This document shows positions 21,601-33,053 of a stretch of DNA of 64,000 nucleotides, in pieces. Made by a program: the position numbers and the translations under genes. The stretch comes from Hyaloraphidium curvatum SAG 235-1. Its lineage: Eukaryota > Fungi > Monoblepharomycota. The stretch covers positions 62,001 through 126,000 of the forward strand of contig JAIVFI010000012.1 of the NCBI GenBank assembly GCA_025558095.1, given 5' to 3'. The notes beneath the pieces were generated by a model, which saw only the letters and a list, made by a program, of their open reading frames with translations, was not told where the DNA came from and did no database searches. How positions within the stretch are numbered: position 1 is the first letter of the stretch; each line of letters begins with the position of its first letter.

Positions 21601-22710
21601 GCCGTGCTCGTCGTGGCCGATCGGTCGACCAAGCAGGCTCATTTCGCTGGCGCGCGGAAGGACTTCTCCGCCGACGACACCGCTCGGCTCTTCCTTCGCG
21701 AAGTATTCCGCCTCCACGGCTTCCCCTTCGACATCGTCAGCGACCGCGGACCGCAATTCATCGCCAAATTCTGGGAAAGGCTTCTTGGACTCATGGACAT
21801 CAAGCTTTACCCCTCCTCGGCCGCGCACCCCGAGTCGGACGGCCAGACGGAGCGCATCAATCAGATTTTGGAGCAGTACCTCCGGACCTACGTCAATTAC
21901 GCCCAGGACGACTGGTTCAATCAGCTCCCGCTCGCCGAGTTCGCGTACAACAACTCGGTGCACGCCAGCATTGGCATGTCGCCTTTCCGCGCCAACTACG
22001 GTTACGACCCGCGAGCCGACTTTTTAGCACCCGACGCGCCGCGCGTTCCCGCCGCCGAGGAACGCATCCGGGAGCTTCGCGCCCTCCACGACGTCCTTCG
22101 CGAGAACCTCCAGCGGGCCCAGGAACGCTACAAAGACTCCGCAGACGTCAGTCGTGAGGATGCTCCCGTTTTCCGCGTCGGCGACCGTGCTTGGCTATCG
22201 GCGCGCAATATTCGTACGCGTCGACCGTCTCGCAAGCTCGACGTTCGCTTCCTCGGGCCCTACCGCATTAAGGAGCAGATCAATCCCGTTGCGTTTCGAT
22301 TGGATCTTCCGCCCACGATGGGCATTCATGACGTTTTTCACGTCTCGCTTCTCGAACCCTATACTCCCTCGGACACCGCCGATTTTCCCGGCCGCGTCGC
22401 AGAGACTCCACCCCCGGACATCATTGACGGCGAACCCGAGTACGAGGTTAACCAGATCCTGGATTCCCGCCGATTCCGCAATCACTTGCAGTACTTGGTG
22501 GACTGGAAGGACTTTCCTCCATCGGAGCGCTCATGGGAACCGTGGGAGCACCTCCAGCACGCCCCCGACGCCGTTGCCGACTTTCACCGCCGCTTTCCGG
22601 ACAAGCCGGGTCCTACGCGGCGGTTGGGGGGGGGTGATGTAACGCGCCGGCGTCGGGGCAAGGGGGACGGTGGTCCCCGGCGAGGGAAGACTAGGCGCAG
22701 TGCTGTGTAG
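18646..22710 (+). CDS. pol: Retrotransposon Pol (protease, RT, RNase H, integrase, chromodomain)
   Basis: LVDSGA, YLDD, EADASD, HHCC-type zinc finger, DDE core, GPY, YEVNQILDSR..YLVDW..SWEP; no in-frame stops; the ORF ends inside the 3' LTR. Confidence 0.97.
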   Translation: MPRQVCIVVFLKRQLGFRGTSDAGDANTSLQFSRAPCLAASSGRPPFPLLRSDPVPSFVIPVRIVLPDGRLRIVDALVDSGADACFMDEAFARCVGYSCLQRSTPFGLDVVDGRPISSGDVTQETEPVALTADGITVGVSFNIISASIPVVLGLSYLEFVNAALDWSRRSLRIPRPFAPGVSPPLSAPKAPAADQEPPKTSPAEGASRAAPVDVSVSAGGCLPAADPASSQASDRTILEDITESEYPHTASFSASMGSDDAGRPPQAVPLGRGVDEQPPRPTPADGTGRGAPPEVPPPPPPKVKIANLSARQFVAEMRRERKDAQIFVAMVSDPAARAASAAAAEPTVPSQYADFADVFDPDKPASSLPPHRPGFDCAIELEEGAVPPSGRLHGLSEVESEALRKHIEELSASGRLRPSDSPSGVPVIFAKKKDGGLRVCEDYRGLNRITKRDRYPIPLISDLLDRLSRAKIFTKLDLREAYRQIRVREGDEWKTAFRTRYGQFEYLVMPMGLMNAPAIFQRFMHSIFHDVLDIFVAIYLDDILIFSENEADHAGHVRQVLQRLRDNHLYAKLSKCSFDVTTVEYAGFIVGDGKVIMDPSKVESITSWPEPATLRQLQSFLGFANFYRCFIKDYAQITLPLTDLTKLKPGDPFRFTPEARAAFDALKSAFTSAPFLRNADPAVPYTVEADASDFALGAVLSQPAPNDGLMHPVAFHSRKFQPAEINYPIYDKELLAVVDAFKAWRRYLEGSPHKVDVFTDHKNLEYFMKQQMLNRRQARWAMTLAGYDFVLKHRPGTDQVVADALSRRSDYVPGNFDDVSTQQRVTLLGPHLVAALHATSLDLLDMIRRDTAKDPFARRIIALLEAHDASVSRFHLLDGVLYRDGLIFVPVGKSRTELLRTRHDAVTAGHFGIRKTVELILRDFWWPRVWDTVARYIRSCETCTRTKAPRHAPHGLLQPLPIPDGPWRSISMDFVTDLPQSEGFDAVLVVADRSTKQAHFAGARKDFSADDTARLFLREVFRLHGFPFDIVSDRGPQFIAKFWERLLGLMDIKLYPSSAAHPESDGQTERINQILEQYLRTYVNYAQDDWFNQLPLAEFAYNNSVHASIGMSPFRANYGYDPRADFLAPDAPRVPAAEERIRELRALHDVLRENLQRAQERYKDSADVSREDAPVFRVGDRAWLSARNIRTRRPSRKLDVRFLGPYRIKEQINPVAFRLDLPPTMGIHDVFHVSLLEPYTPSDTADFPGRVAETPPPDIIDGEPEYEVNQILDSRRFRNHLQYLVDWKDFPPSERSWEPWEHLQHAPDAVADFHRRFPDKPGPTRRLGGGDVTRRRRGKGDGGPRRGKTRRSAV
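18673..18752 (+). other. Putative -1 ribosomal frameshift signal with pseudoknot
   Basis: T-TTT-TGA at the gag end; stems CGCCAGC/GCTGGCG and TCGGA/TCCGA; loop GGGGCAC pairs with GTGCCCC at 18746-18752; pol lies in the -1 frame. Confidence 0.65.
22626..22637 (+). other. Polypurine tract
   Basis: G-run followed by TGA immediately before the 3' LTR. Confidence 0.8.
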
Positions 22711-22768
22711 TGACTCCTCAACGTCGTCAACACAGGTCTTTACGGGTCCCCCGCGCCCCGTCCTGACA
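22638..22768 (+). repeat. 3' LTR (131 bp)
   Basis: Identical to the 5' LTR. Confidence 0.97.
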
Positions 22769-22849
22769 GTTCGACCTTAGCGTGTCCTTAAGCGCGGAGC
22801 GATGGCATGTTTCCTCAACAGTGTTGCGCGCCGCTTTTCGCCCCACCCC

Positions 22850-25602
22850 TCACACCGGCCCGTTCCCCCACGTGTAGCACGGCGGAGGGACGAGGAGGTC
22901 CGGGTTGCTGATGACGCAGCAGACCCATGTCGGGGGACACATCCCCCCCCCGCCCGAGGCCGCCGACACGTCGTTGTTCTTGCACTGCGGGGGCGTCAGT
23001 TCCGCCGGAGTCGGGGACGAGCGAACCCACCCCGAACACGTTCCCGGGGCCGTAGTACGCGTTGCAGATCTGCCCTGCGGCGTTGCCGCAGTTGGAAAGG
23101 CAGATGCCGCACCGGTTGCCGTCGTCGCACGGAATCTCGGTGGAGGCGCCGCCGGGCACCGTCGTCCGGGTGCGGGTGCGGGACTTGGTGTTGGACGTTG
23201 TCTGGGTACGGGTGTGGCTGGTGGATGAAGGCACGGGGATCGTGCTGGAGGAGGTCTCGGAGAGGCTGGTAGAGGATCGGGAGAGCGACGAGGTGCTGGG
23301 GGTCTTCGTTGCCGAGAGGGTGCTGGACGTCGGGCTGACGGTGCTCGTGCTGAGCGTTTGGCTCGCCTGCGAAAAAGGTCCGGGGTCAGAGGCGCGGCGC
23401 GGCAGCCCGAAGAACCCACCGTCGAGCTGGTCACAGACAGTGAGCTGGTGCTCGGCGTCTTGCTGGCGCTCATCGACGAGGTGCTGGGCGTGTGCGACTC
23501 GGACGATGTGCTGGGCGTGTGGCTCAGCGAAGACGTGGTGGGCGTCTCGCTCTTAGAGCTGGTGCTCGGCGTGAGGCTGCTCGAAGTGGCCGTGCGCGAG
23601 GCCGACAGCGTGCGCGTTTCAGAGAGACTGCTGGTCACTCTGCTGACTGAGGTGGACGACTTTGGGCGGGAGCTTCAGCGCCTGGGTTGGAATGGGGGAG
23701 AAGGCAGCCCACCGTCTCGGTGTTGGTCGTACGCGTGGTCAGCTCCGTGTACGTGGTATCGGAAGTGCTCGACGTCTCGGTTTGTGACGTCTGCAGAAGC
23801 CTTGTCAGCCGGAGCCAGGATCGGGCCGCGGGCCGCGCACCCACCGATGACGCAGTCTCCGAGGTCGACGATTCCGTGTAGGATGTCTGCTGGCGGGGTC
23901 AGCGGGTTCCCGAGGGCGGCAGCAAAACCAACGGTGGACGCGGTCTCGGAGCTGGACGTTTCGCTGAGCGAGCTCGTCGTCTGCGATTCCGAGGTCTGGC
24001 GGGGGAGCCGGGGTTCGTTCAGCCATGCCGGGTTCAACGTGCCGGAGTGACAACCACCGAGGAAGGGCTCTGCGATTCGGAGGTCGTGCTCGCCGTAAAA
24101 GAGGTGGTCGTTTCGGTCTCGGACGTCTGATGGGGAACGATTCAGCGTCGCGCGCGATCGGGCGGGGCGGACCTACGGAGCTCGGCGTCGCGGAGCTCGT
24201 CGACGGCGTCAGTGATTCCGACGTCGTGCTCGGCGTTTGCGTCATCGATTCGGTGGAACTGGTTTCGGTCTGGGAGGCGCTGGTGCTCGTCGCCGATTGC
24301 GAGGTCTGCTTTGGTGAGCGCGGCCGGCGGGCTGATCGCTGGACCTACCGTGCTCCACGAGTAGGTCGTCGTGCTCGGTGTTTCGGTGGTGGTCTCCGAC
24401 TTCGTCAGCGTGACCGTCTCGGTGAAGCTGGTCGTCGTGCGCGTGCGGGTCCGCGTCGTCCGCGTGCGCTTGCACCCTGTAAGCGGCAGCTCGTAGAAGC
24501 CGGGGAACAGCCCCTCGGCGTCGGCGTAGGCCTTGATAACGTAGGTGATGGAGTCGGCCCCGGGGCTCAGGATAGGGGCGCGGATGAGGATGTTGACGCG
24601 GGCGAAGGGGAGCCAGGGAAAGCGGAAGATGACCATGTACCTGGGGAAGGGTTAGGTGATCAGCTGGGTGGATTCAAAGCAAATCGCAACCCACCGGCCT
24701 CTGACGTCCGTCCGGTTGTTCCCCAGCACGATCTGCTGGTCCGCCGCGATGACGGCCACGGGTCGGCCGATCAGCGGGAGGTCCCCCCGCCCACAGGTGC
24801 CGTCCCCGTTCAGGTCGCAGCAGACGGCGCCGTTGATCACAGGCGTCACCCTCGGGCGGAGATCGGGGTTGATCGGGATGGTGATGGTGGACGTGATCGT
24901 ACTGGTGGCGGTCAAGGTCTTGACGCTCGAGAAGGTCTTCGTGGTTTTGACGGTCCTTGTGGACCGCTTGGCGCCGCAGCAGGCCTGGACGCTGCCCCAC
25001 TTGACCCCCTTGGGCAGCGACGGCAGCGGGCGGGAGCCCGGGGGGCAGGTGCGGCACAGGTTGCGCGGGAGCAGCTCGTGCGTCGCGTTGGCAGGTTTCT
25101 GACCCGATCCCCGGTCCTCAGGAGGAGCCTGAGCGGCCGAAAGAGCCGCATAGCCGGGATCTACATCGAGGTCCCAGGCGAAGCGCGAGGGCTCGGCGTG
25201 GGGCTCGAAAGATGGAACGAAGGCGTCCCCGACGACGTGCGGCAGCCCTACGTCGTCGAGATCCCTCCGCCGCAGGGTCGCCGTGGGCCCGACGACGACC
25301 GTCTTGGTCCACTCGGTCACGGTCCGCGTGGACGTCATGCTCTTGGTCGCCGACACCGTCGACGTGGTCGTACGCGCCGGGGGGCAGCAGCAGCCCAGCG
25401 GGGCGCCGTTGCAGTTCTTGCAGCACGGCGTGGCCGACACCCAGGGCTTTGAACGCCGCGAGGTGCGCCGGACGTTGGCCCTGTCCCGCAATGCCTCCTC
25501 CACTTCGGCGGCCTCGAGAAGCACAGCCAGCGCCGCCAGCACCGCACACACTAGCACGGCGCTAAAGATCCGCGCCCGCAATCTCAAACACGGGGCGGCC
25601 AT
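22850..25602 (-). CDS. Secreted Ser/Thr-rich mucin-like protein with Cys-rich termini and an SdrD-B-like module (multi-exon)
   Basis: N-terminal hydrophobic signal; CC motifs; GAVCCDLNGDGTC..TDVRG; long S/T 'TPSTSS' repeats over many short exons; final exon CKNND...CPPTWVCC...PV-stop. Confidence 0.75.
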
Positions 25603-25863
25603 GGTCAGCGGGGCGAGGAAACAGTGGGGGACCGCTGCGCCCCAGGTTCCATCCCAAGCCTGACCGTGTGTGAAATTTACCCTACAAAATTACCGTAGTT
25701 GGCAATTTTGTATCTGGGATCCGACTAGCGAGTTTGGCATACAGACGTTAAGCCCGCATCGGCCCGACAACACCCCGCCCGCGTTCGCCGTATCTCGGCC
25801 GTGGAGGCCGACGCGTTCTCCTTCCTGCCGCCTTTCATCCCTGCCGCGGCGCCCGACCCCGCG

Positions 25864-27173
25864 ATGCGCGCCGCGTCGCGCCTCCCGCGCCTCGTCCGCG
25901 TCCGCCGCGCGCACACCGCGCCGCCCGACCTCTCCGTGGACCACCTCGTCGTCGGCGGCGGCATCGTCGGCCTCGCCTGCGCCGAACGCCTCTCCCGCAT
26001 CCCCGGCACCTCCACCGCCCTCCTCGAGCGGCACGCCCTGCTGGGCTCGGAAACGACGAGCAGGAACAGCCAGGTGATCCACGCCGGGATCTACTACCCC
26101 GTGGACTCGCTCAAGGCGCGGGTGTGCATCAGGGGGAAGGAGCTGCTGTACGAGACCTGCAGGAGGGAGGGCATTGCACACTGGAACTGCGGGAAATGGA
26201 TCGTCGCCGCGCCGGGGGAGGACGCGGCGTACCTGGACGAGATCCACAAAAAGGCGGCGCACCTGGGTGTGCCGACCCACTTCCTCCCCAAGGGGCGGAT
26301 GCAGGTCGAAGAACCCCTCGTCAGGGCCGGCGAGGTGCTCGTCAGCCCGACGACGGGCATCGTCGACTCGCACGGCGTGGTGGAGCACCTCGCCTACCTC
26401 TTCACGCAGCGCAACGCCGAGCGCGGGTTCGGGGAGGGCATGATCGCGTTCAAATCGCGGGTCGTGGACATAGAAAGGGACGCCGAAGGGTGCTGGACCG
26501 TCGAGGTTGCCGAAGCCGGCGGCGGGGAGGCCGCGCGGATAAGGACGCGGGTGCTGGTCAATTCCGCGGGGCTGTACTGCGACGAGATCGCCGGGATGGC
26601 CATGGGCCCGGAATGGGTGGACAAGCTGGGGTACAGGATCAACCCGTGCAAGGGGCGGTACTACGCCTACGCGCCCTCCCGCGTGCTCGCGAAAAGGCTC
26701 ATCTACCCCGCGCCGGAAAAGAACTTTGTCGGGCTGGGAATCCACCTGACGCTGGACCTGGCGGGGAGGGCCAAGTTCGGGCCGGACACGCTCTACGTGG
26801 ACTCGAAGGAGGACTACGCGATGGACCACGGGGACGAGGGGCTGAGGGACAAGTTCTGGGAGAGCGTGAGGCGGTACCTGCCCGTGGTGGAGCGGGAGGA
26901 CATCGTGCCGGACTACTGCGGCCTCAGGTGGGTCGCTGAGCGTCGGGATGAGGACCGTTTGCTCATCGCGCTTCGATTGCGCGGACCCACAGACCGAAGC
27001 TCGCACCCCCAGGCCAGCCGCAGCGCGACTTCGTCGTCAAGGACGAATCGCGCGAGGGCTTTTCCGGGCTGATCAACCTCGTCGGCATCGAGTCGCCCGG
27101 GCTCACCTCGAGCTTGGCCATCGGCGAGATCGTGGGGGGGATGGTGGCCGCGGGCAGGCAGCCGGACGGGTAA
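25864..27173 (+). CDS. L-2-hydroxyglutarate dehydrogenase-like FAD oxidoreductase
   Basis: VVGGGIVGLA, ETTSRNSQVIHAGIYYP, GLGIHLTLDL, YCGLR|P, NLVGIESPGLTSS; one intron near 26928-27012; Arg-rich presequence-like N-terminus. Confidence 0.9.
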
Positions 27174-27511
27174 CGCGCACCGCTCGTGCTGGTTCATGGA
27201 CGGATGGCGCGGATCGTCTTCCCGCGGGGCGGATGCGGGCCTGGGGAGCGGTCCTGTGGTCGATTGGTTTGGCTGCGGACGGGCGGACGGCCGTTCCGGA
27301 CGGATCGCGCCGACGCAGCCGGCGATACCGCACCCGGGCCGTAGTCTGCGCAGATCGGAATGGGGAAACAGCTCCGTCCGACATCACCAGCGGTTCCGCC
27401 CCGGCGTGCGTCCCTCGATCCCTTGCTTGCTGGACCCCGACCGCGTCCCCGCCTCGCCACCCGCCGCGCCCCACCGTCCCCTCTCGCCAGACGCGTCGTC
27501 CGCGCGGAACC

Positions 27512-28573
27512 ATGCCGCGTCTTTCGCTGCTCCTTTTCGCCGCCGCGCTCGGCTCCGTCGCGGTCGTATCGCCCGCGGCGGGACAAGTTGTGTATCTGAA
27601 CACGCTGACCTATTTCACGGGGAACTGCAGCGGTGCGTGATCCGGGGCGTCGTCGACGCACGCGGGCGGCGGACCGGGCGCGGATTGTCGGCTGCTTCCG
27701 ACTGCAGCGTCGATTCCGCGCGCCGCCGCCCAGGGACGCCGGGAAGCTTGGGACGCCACTCACTCGTTCCTTCCCGTCCTCATTTCCGTCCTTCGTCTCT
27801 CCATTCCGCGCGCCCTCAACCAGGCCCCGTCCAAGGTAAATCATCCTGCTCTCCTATTCCCGCCCGCCCACCTCATTCTGACCCCCTGCCATCCCCAGCC
27901 GTCGCCTCGGTCCCCGTCCGCGCCTCCTCCTGCGCCGACCTCCGCCCCACCCCCTGCCAGGCCTACAACGCCTCCTCCGCCGGGCAGTACTCCAACACCA
28001 CCGCGTGCTCGGTCTCCCCGGCGCCGGCGTACCCGGGGGGGACGGTCGGGAGGTTCGCGGAAGGATCCATCAACGTGGGGCAGCCCGGGTGCCCGGCCAA
28101 CGAGACGATCGGGACGTTGGGGCTCAGGGACGGGATTTGCGTGCCTTTGGACCCGCTGTTCCCGCTCTGGGGTGCGTGTTCCGCCGTTCCCCTCTGCTCG
28201 GCTGACGTTCCCGCGCCCCGTTTGCCGACAGCCCGCTCCGCCTGCGCGGGGGAAAGGGGCGAGGCGATTGCCTACCTCGGCCCGGCGTGCATGCAGCAGG
28301 CGGGCTACACGCTCAACCTCAACGGAAGCTGCAACGCTGCGGTGCCCGGCATCTACGCGCGCGGAAGTGGGTCGCCGGCCGTTCCCCCTCCCGCGATCGG
28401 CACGGGAAGGCTGATCCGGGTTTTGCGCAGCGTGCGTCGAGGTCAACGTGGCCACGACGACCACCGTGGCGCCGACCACCACGACGACTTCCAAGCCCGC
28501 GGGAGCGACGAGGGCGGCCGCGGCGGGGGTGGGGGCTGCGGCGGCGCTGGCGGCGGCCCTGGCGGTCCTCTGA
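27512..28573 (+). CDS. Cys-rich putative GPI-anchored surface protein (multi-exon)
   Basis: Signal peptide MPRLSLLLFAAALGS; Cys-rich body; Thr stalk and hydrophobic tail ATRAAAAGVGAAAALAAALAVL-stop. Confidence 0.7.
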
Positions 28574-29294
28574 TTGGGCAATGGAGCAACGAGAGCGGTG
28601 CGCAGGTGTGGGCAATCGTAACGTATTCGAAGTTGGAACGTGTACAAACGCCTTCCTCCTCCGTCGTCCCTTCCGTCCCTCGCGGGTCCCAACCGTCCGC
28701 CCGCGTCCGCTCCGGGTGAAGCAACGTTGCCCTCCAACCATCTCAGGCCCCCCCCCGACGTCAGCACTTCCTTGGGACGGCGAGAGGATGTTGGACCCTG
28801 TCGGGCGGTGCCGCCCGGTTTTCGCCGGGGCCCGGCCTGGCTCCGCTTCCCCGACGAAACTCTTCCCGCTGCCCCCGCGGCCGCCGACCACGGGATGGGT
28901 AGAACATGACCGCGGATTGCCGGACCGCCCCGTGGTGCGGTCGCCGGGGCCGAATTGCGGGAGGGGCAGCGAGATGGCGGTTCGGGGTCCCGCCCCTGGG
29001 CCGATTCCTAGGGCTGGGCTGGGCAGGACCTGAGTAATCCGCCGGTGACTCGTCCGCGGGCAACCCGCGGGCAGGCCGGGAAACGGCGCGGGAGGGCCGA
29101 TGTAATTCGGTAAATGATCGGGCGGGTGCGGGGAGCGCGAATGGGGGGAGGAATGCCGGCGCCGCGGGGTGTTTTTGTGAAATGTGGGGACGCCCGTGGT
29201 GTGACATCAGAAAGAGGACGCAATCCTCAACATAAAAGACGAGTTGCCTTGCCACATGGGAACCAACGGATGACTTCCAACACACGTTATACCC

Positions 29295-32200
29295 ATGACA
29301 CGATCCAACAGTGGCCCCCGGGCGGCGGGCCTCGCCCTGCTGCTCCTCGCGGTCGCGCTCCTCGCCGGGCGCGCCGCCGCCGCGCCCGCCACCTGCGGCG
29401 ACCTCGACGTGCCGCTCAACAACACCGACACCTCGCCCGGCTTCTTCCCCGCCGGCCCCGCGCTCGTGGCGCCCGGCGGTGCGGGGTACACCTTTGTCGT
29501 GAACGCCACCAGCGACGAGCTCGAGTTCTACGTGCAGTCGGATCCCGGCGTCGGGAACCCGGCCAAGACAGCCTACACCCGGCAGCTCTCGATCGCGCTG
29601 TCGGGGCGCGACGCCGACACCTGGGAAGAGGCCGTGCTGCAGCCCGACGGCTGCCGCAAGGAGTGGGCCCGCTGGCTCTTTGCCGACACGCAGCCGGCCG
29701 ACCTCGCAGTCACCGCCTCGACGACCCTGGGCTCCGCCGCCGCCGAGGGCACCGCCCCCAAGTGCGTCTTCACCCACCACTTCGCACTTGCGTGGGACGC
29801 CAAGTTCCGCAACGAGCTCCTGAGCTGCGGGTTCGACCGCGCCAACAACGGCACCTTCCTCTCGCACAAGGGGCGGGTGCACGTCCGCTGGGCCGACTAC
29901 GACTCCATGGCGAACGACGCGGTGCCGGTGCACACTCCGGCGTCGACCTGGTGGGTGTCCGCCCGCGACCGACCGCCCGAGCATTGCCTGACCGTTCCTC
30001 GCCGCGCCGCGCCAGGTACGACGTCGTGGTCAACATCCAGGTCGCCGATACGGTGACGACCAACATGTCCAACGAGACCGAGATCGTCTACGTCGCGAGC
30101 TCGATAAGCGTCGGGGAGGTCGCATACCTCAACAAGCGCAACACCTTCTCCTTCCGCGTCGCATACGAGGTCAAGACCTACTGGTGAGCATCCAGCCGGC
30201 CGGATGCGCACGAGCTGGCGCTCATTCCCCGCCCTCTAGGCCCTACTACATCTACTTCCCCGACGAGGCAACGGGCGGCCAGCTCGTCTCGGATGCGCAG
30301 GGTCAGTTCGGCTCCAACCTCCGCCCCCTCAACACCTTCTCCAGCAAGACCTGGACCAACCCCTACAAGACCGGCCTCGATGGGCACGCGTCGTGCAGCA
30401 AGCTCGGCGACGTGTGCTATATGAAGGGCGAGCTTACCTACACCTGGTACGTCACCCCAATGCATTCTTGCGCTCGCGCTGAGCTGACCACATCCCCCGA
30501 CCTGCAGGAAACCTACCATGCCCAACGGCTGCCGCGTCGACGGGGACTACCAGCTCAACTTCCATCTCGGCTGCGACTCTTCGGGCAGCAACATCCAGTA
30601 CTGCGGCCAGCCCATGCGAGACGTCCTCCAGATGGATGCCTCGTGGGGCAGGTTCAACGTGCCCGAGGCCGTGCTCGAGTTCTGCGCCTCCTTCTCGGGG
30701 CTCGCAAGCGCCTTCCCCAAGCCCGGCCAGTTCATCAACCTCAACATGACCCTGTACTTCAAGCAGGCCGTCAACAGGGTGGACCTCCTCTCCTACGACA
30801 TTGTTCGCGAGGACCTCTTCTCCACCGTCGCGGAGTTTCCCGCTCAGTGGTCTCTGTGGACCAGCGGGGGCATTACGGCGATGGGCACCAACGTCCTGTT
30901 CACCCAAAATCCCATCATGGAGACCGCGGACGGGCTCAACTGGACCATCGTCACGCGGTACCGCCCCAACATGGACCAGGCGCCCGAGGGCACCACCCAC
31001 AAGGATTTCGGCGTTTCGCCCCTGCGCCGAAGCACCATGATCATTGGGCCCGAGGATATCGACATCAGCGTGTCAATGGAGTGGCTCGCCGTCATCCGGG
31101 TCTACACCCTGGCGGGGAGGAGGCTTCGGTACAGGGACATGGGGATGCGGCAGTCCGGGCCGCGCGAGCCGGGGAGCGGGCTGGGGAGCGGGCTGGGCAA
31201 GCGACAGACGGGCGGCAACGACCTCAACGTAGAGACTCAGGCCAGCTATACGAACAACACCCCCATCGACTGTGAGTCGGACGCCGCACTTTTCCATGCA
31301 GGGACCTGACCAACTTGGCTCAAGATCTGCCGTCCTTCTTCGTGACCTCCGTGACGTACGTCAAGGAAGAGACGGGTCTCGTGACGGCCAACGTGCACTA
31401 CGAGCTGGACTTCAACTGGTGCGTTGCATGCGTGTCCGCTGCAGCCGCGGCATGCTCACCGGCTGGCGCACCGCAGGCCGTGGTACGCCTATTTCCCCCA
31501 AACGGGCGCGGACAACGCCCTCGTCCAGACCAACCCCGGCACCTACGCCGGGCTCGAGCTGTCGCAGTTCCCCCAGGCCGCCTGGGCCATCGCGTACGAC
31601 CGCAACGGGGAGCTCGACGGCAAGGGCGACAAGGTCCTGGAGGGGGAACTCTGCATGGAGCTGGATTCGACGTGCGCGATGCACGGCACCCTTTCCTACA
31701 GCTGGATGCCGACGCCGGGGACAGATCCGGCCTCGTGCTCGTTGTCCTCGGACGAGCTATACCAGCTGGACGTGAATTTGGGCTGCCGCGAGGCCGCAGG
31801 CATCTTCGGGCCGGCAGCGGACTGCACGCAGCCGCTGCGGACGGTATTGCAGAAGGACAGCTTCGCGGCCTGGAAGCTCCAGGGTAACATCGACTTTTGC
31901 AAGAGCGCGGCGACGGACTTTGGCATCACGTGGACGCTGCAGTACGACATTGACGTCCCGTGGGTCCAACTCTAGCCTCATTGGGACGCAGGCTCACCCG
32001 CATTCTCCTCATCCAGGACCCAGCGCACCATTGGCCAGCCCATCACCGCCAAGGGTTCCTTCACCATCCTGAAGAAGCTCGCCGGCGTCAAGGTCGCCGA
32101 GTTCCGCGTGTTCCGCTCCGATCTCACCGCCGCCACCGGCAACGCATACTGGAGCTTGTGGAACGGCGACGGGGTCAACCCGTCCGCCACCGACTCGGGC

Positions 32201-32854
32201 GCCCAAACCACCGTGGGCACCAATACCGCCTTTGCGCAGCGCATCGTGCCCCTCTCGGAGGACGGCAAGAGCTGGGGCGTCGAGACCTCCTTCACCCCCA
32301 ACATCAAGCTCACCACCACCGTCGCCGCCTCCACCGACTACGCCGACAGGCCGCACCACATGATCGTGCTCCCCTGGGACCGCAACGCGGACCTCACCTT
32401 CACCACGACCCTCAAGCTGCGCCTCTTCGGCGACACGGTGCAGACCCCCGGCAACTCGGTCCGCAAGTACCGCATGGGCAGGCGGCTCGTCTGGCGCGAG
32501 GTGTTCGTCGAGCGCGAGTACCAGAGCCGCCAGCTGGACGGGGTCGAGGAGGAGATCCCCGTCGAGGCCGACGACGTGGTGCTCAAGACCAGAGCGGTCT
32601 CCGTTGCGGTCGGGGACTCGTACAACGCGGCCGCGGCGGCCCCGCCGTCCTCTGGTTCGTCCTCGGGGCTGCCCACGGCGGCGATCGTCGGGATCTGCGT
32701 CGGGGTGGGGGCCATCCTGCTCGGCGCCGCGCTGGGCGCCGGGGTCGTGATCCACCGCAGGCGAGCCGCGACGAAGCAGAGGGAAGAATTGGAGAGGCAG
32801 GCCGACGAGGCGATCGAGGCGTCGTTCCGCAAGCACGGCGGCCAGAAGAAGTGA
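29295..32854 (+). CDS. Large type-I membrane protein with a duplicated Cys-containing extracellular module (multi-exon)
   Basis: Signal peptide; about 6 introns; two similar modules (WPxYxYFP...C.M.G.L.Y.W.P...C...YQL...LGC...C.QP.R.VLQ.D...FC); TM AIVGICVGVGAILLGAALGAGVVI followed by HRRR. Confidence 0.8.
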
Positions 32855-33053
32855 AAAATCTCGAACAAGCTCGCTGCACCATGAACATATCTTGGACTTG
32901 ATCTACTGAACACGATATCATCCTATGGACGGAAAGCGCAACGAAGAGAGGGTCCCAGTGGATTAGCAAACGACGAAACATCCATCCAATAGTAACTCCG
33001 AGCAGCAGCCGGTCCACGGCGAGCATCATCCGCGCCTCCCGTCCGCGCCGGCC

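Larger units (their letters stand above)
17290..22768 (+). mobile_element. Full-length Ty3/Gypsy chromoviral LTR retrotransposon
   Basis: Two identical 131-bp TG...CA LTRs, near-TSD ATTCG/GTTCG, gag then PR-RT-RH-IN-chromodomain pol, G-rich PPT. Confidence 0.98.

Noticed and set aside
23230-24460. Periodic repeats that might suggest a CRISPR or satellite array
   Set aside because: Degenerate coding repeats of Ser/Thr (TPSTSS) interrupted by introns; no constant repeat-spacer structure.
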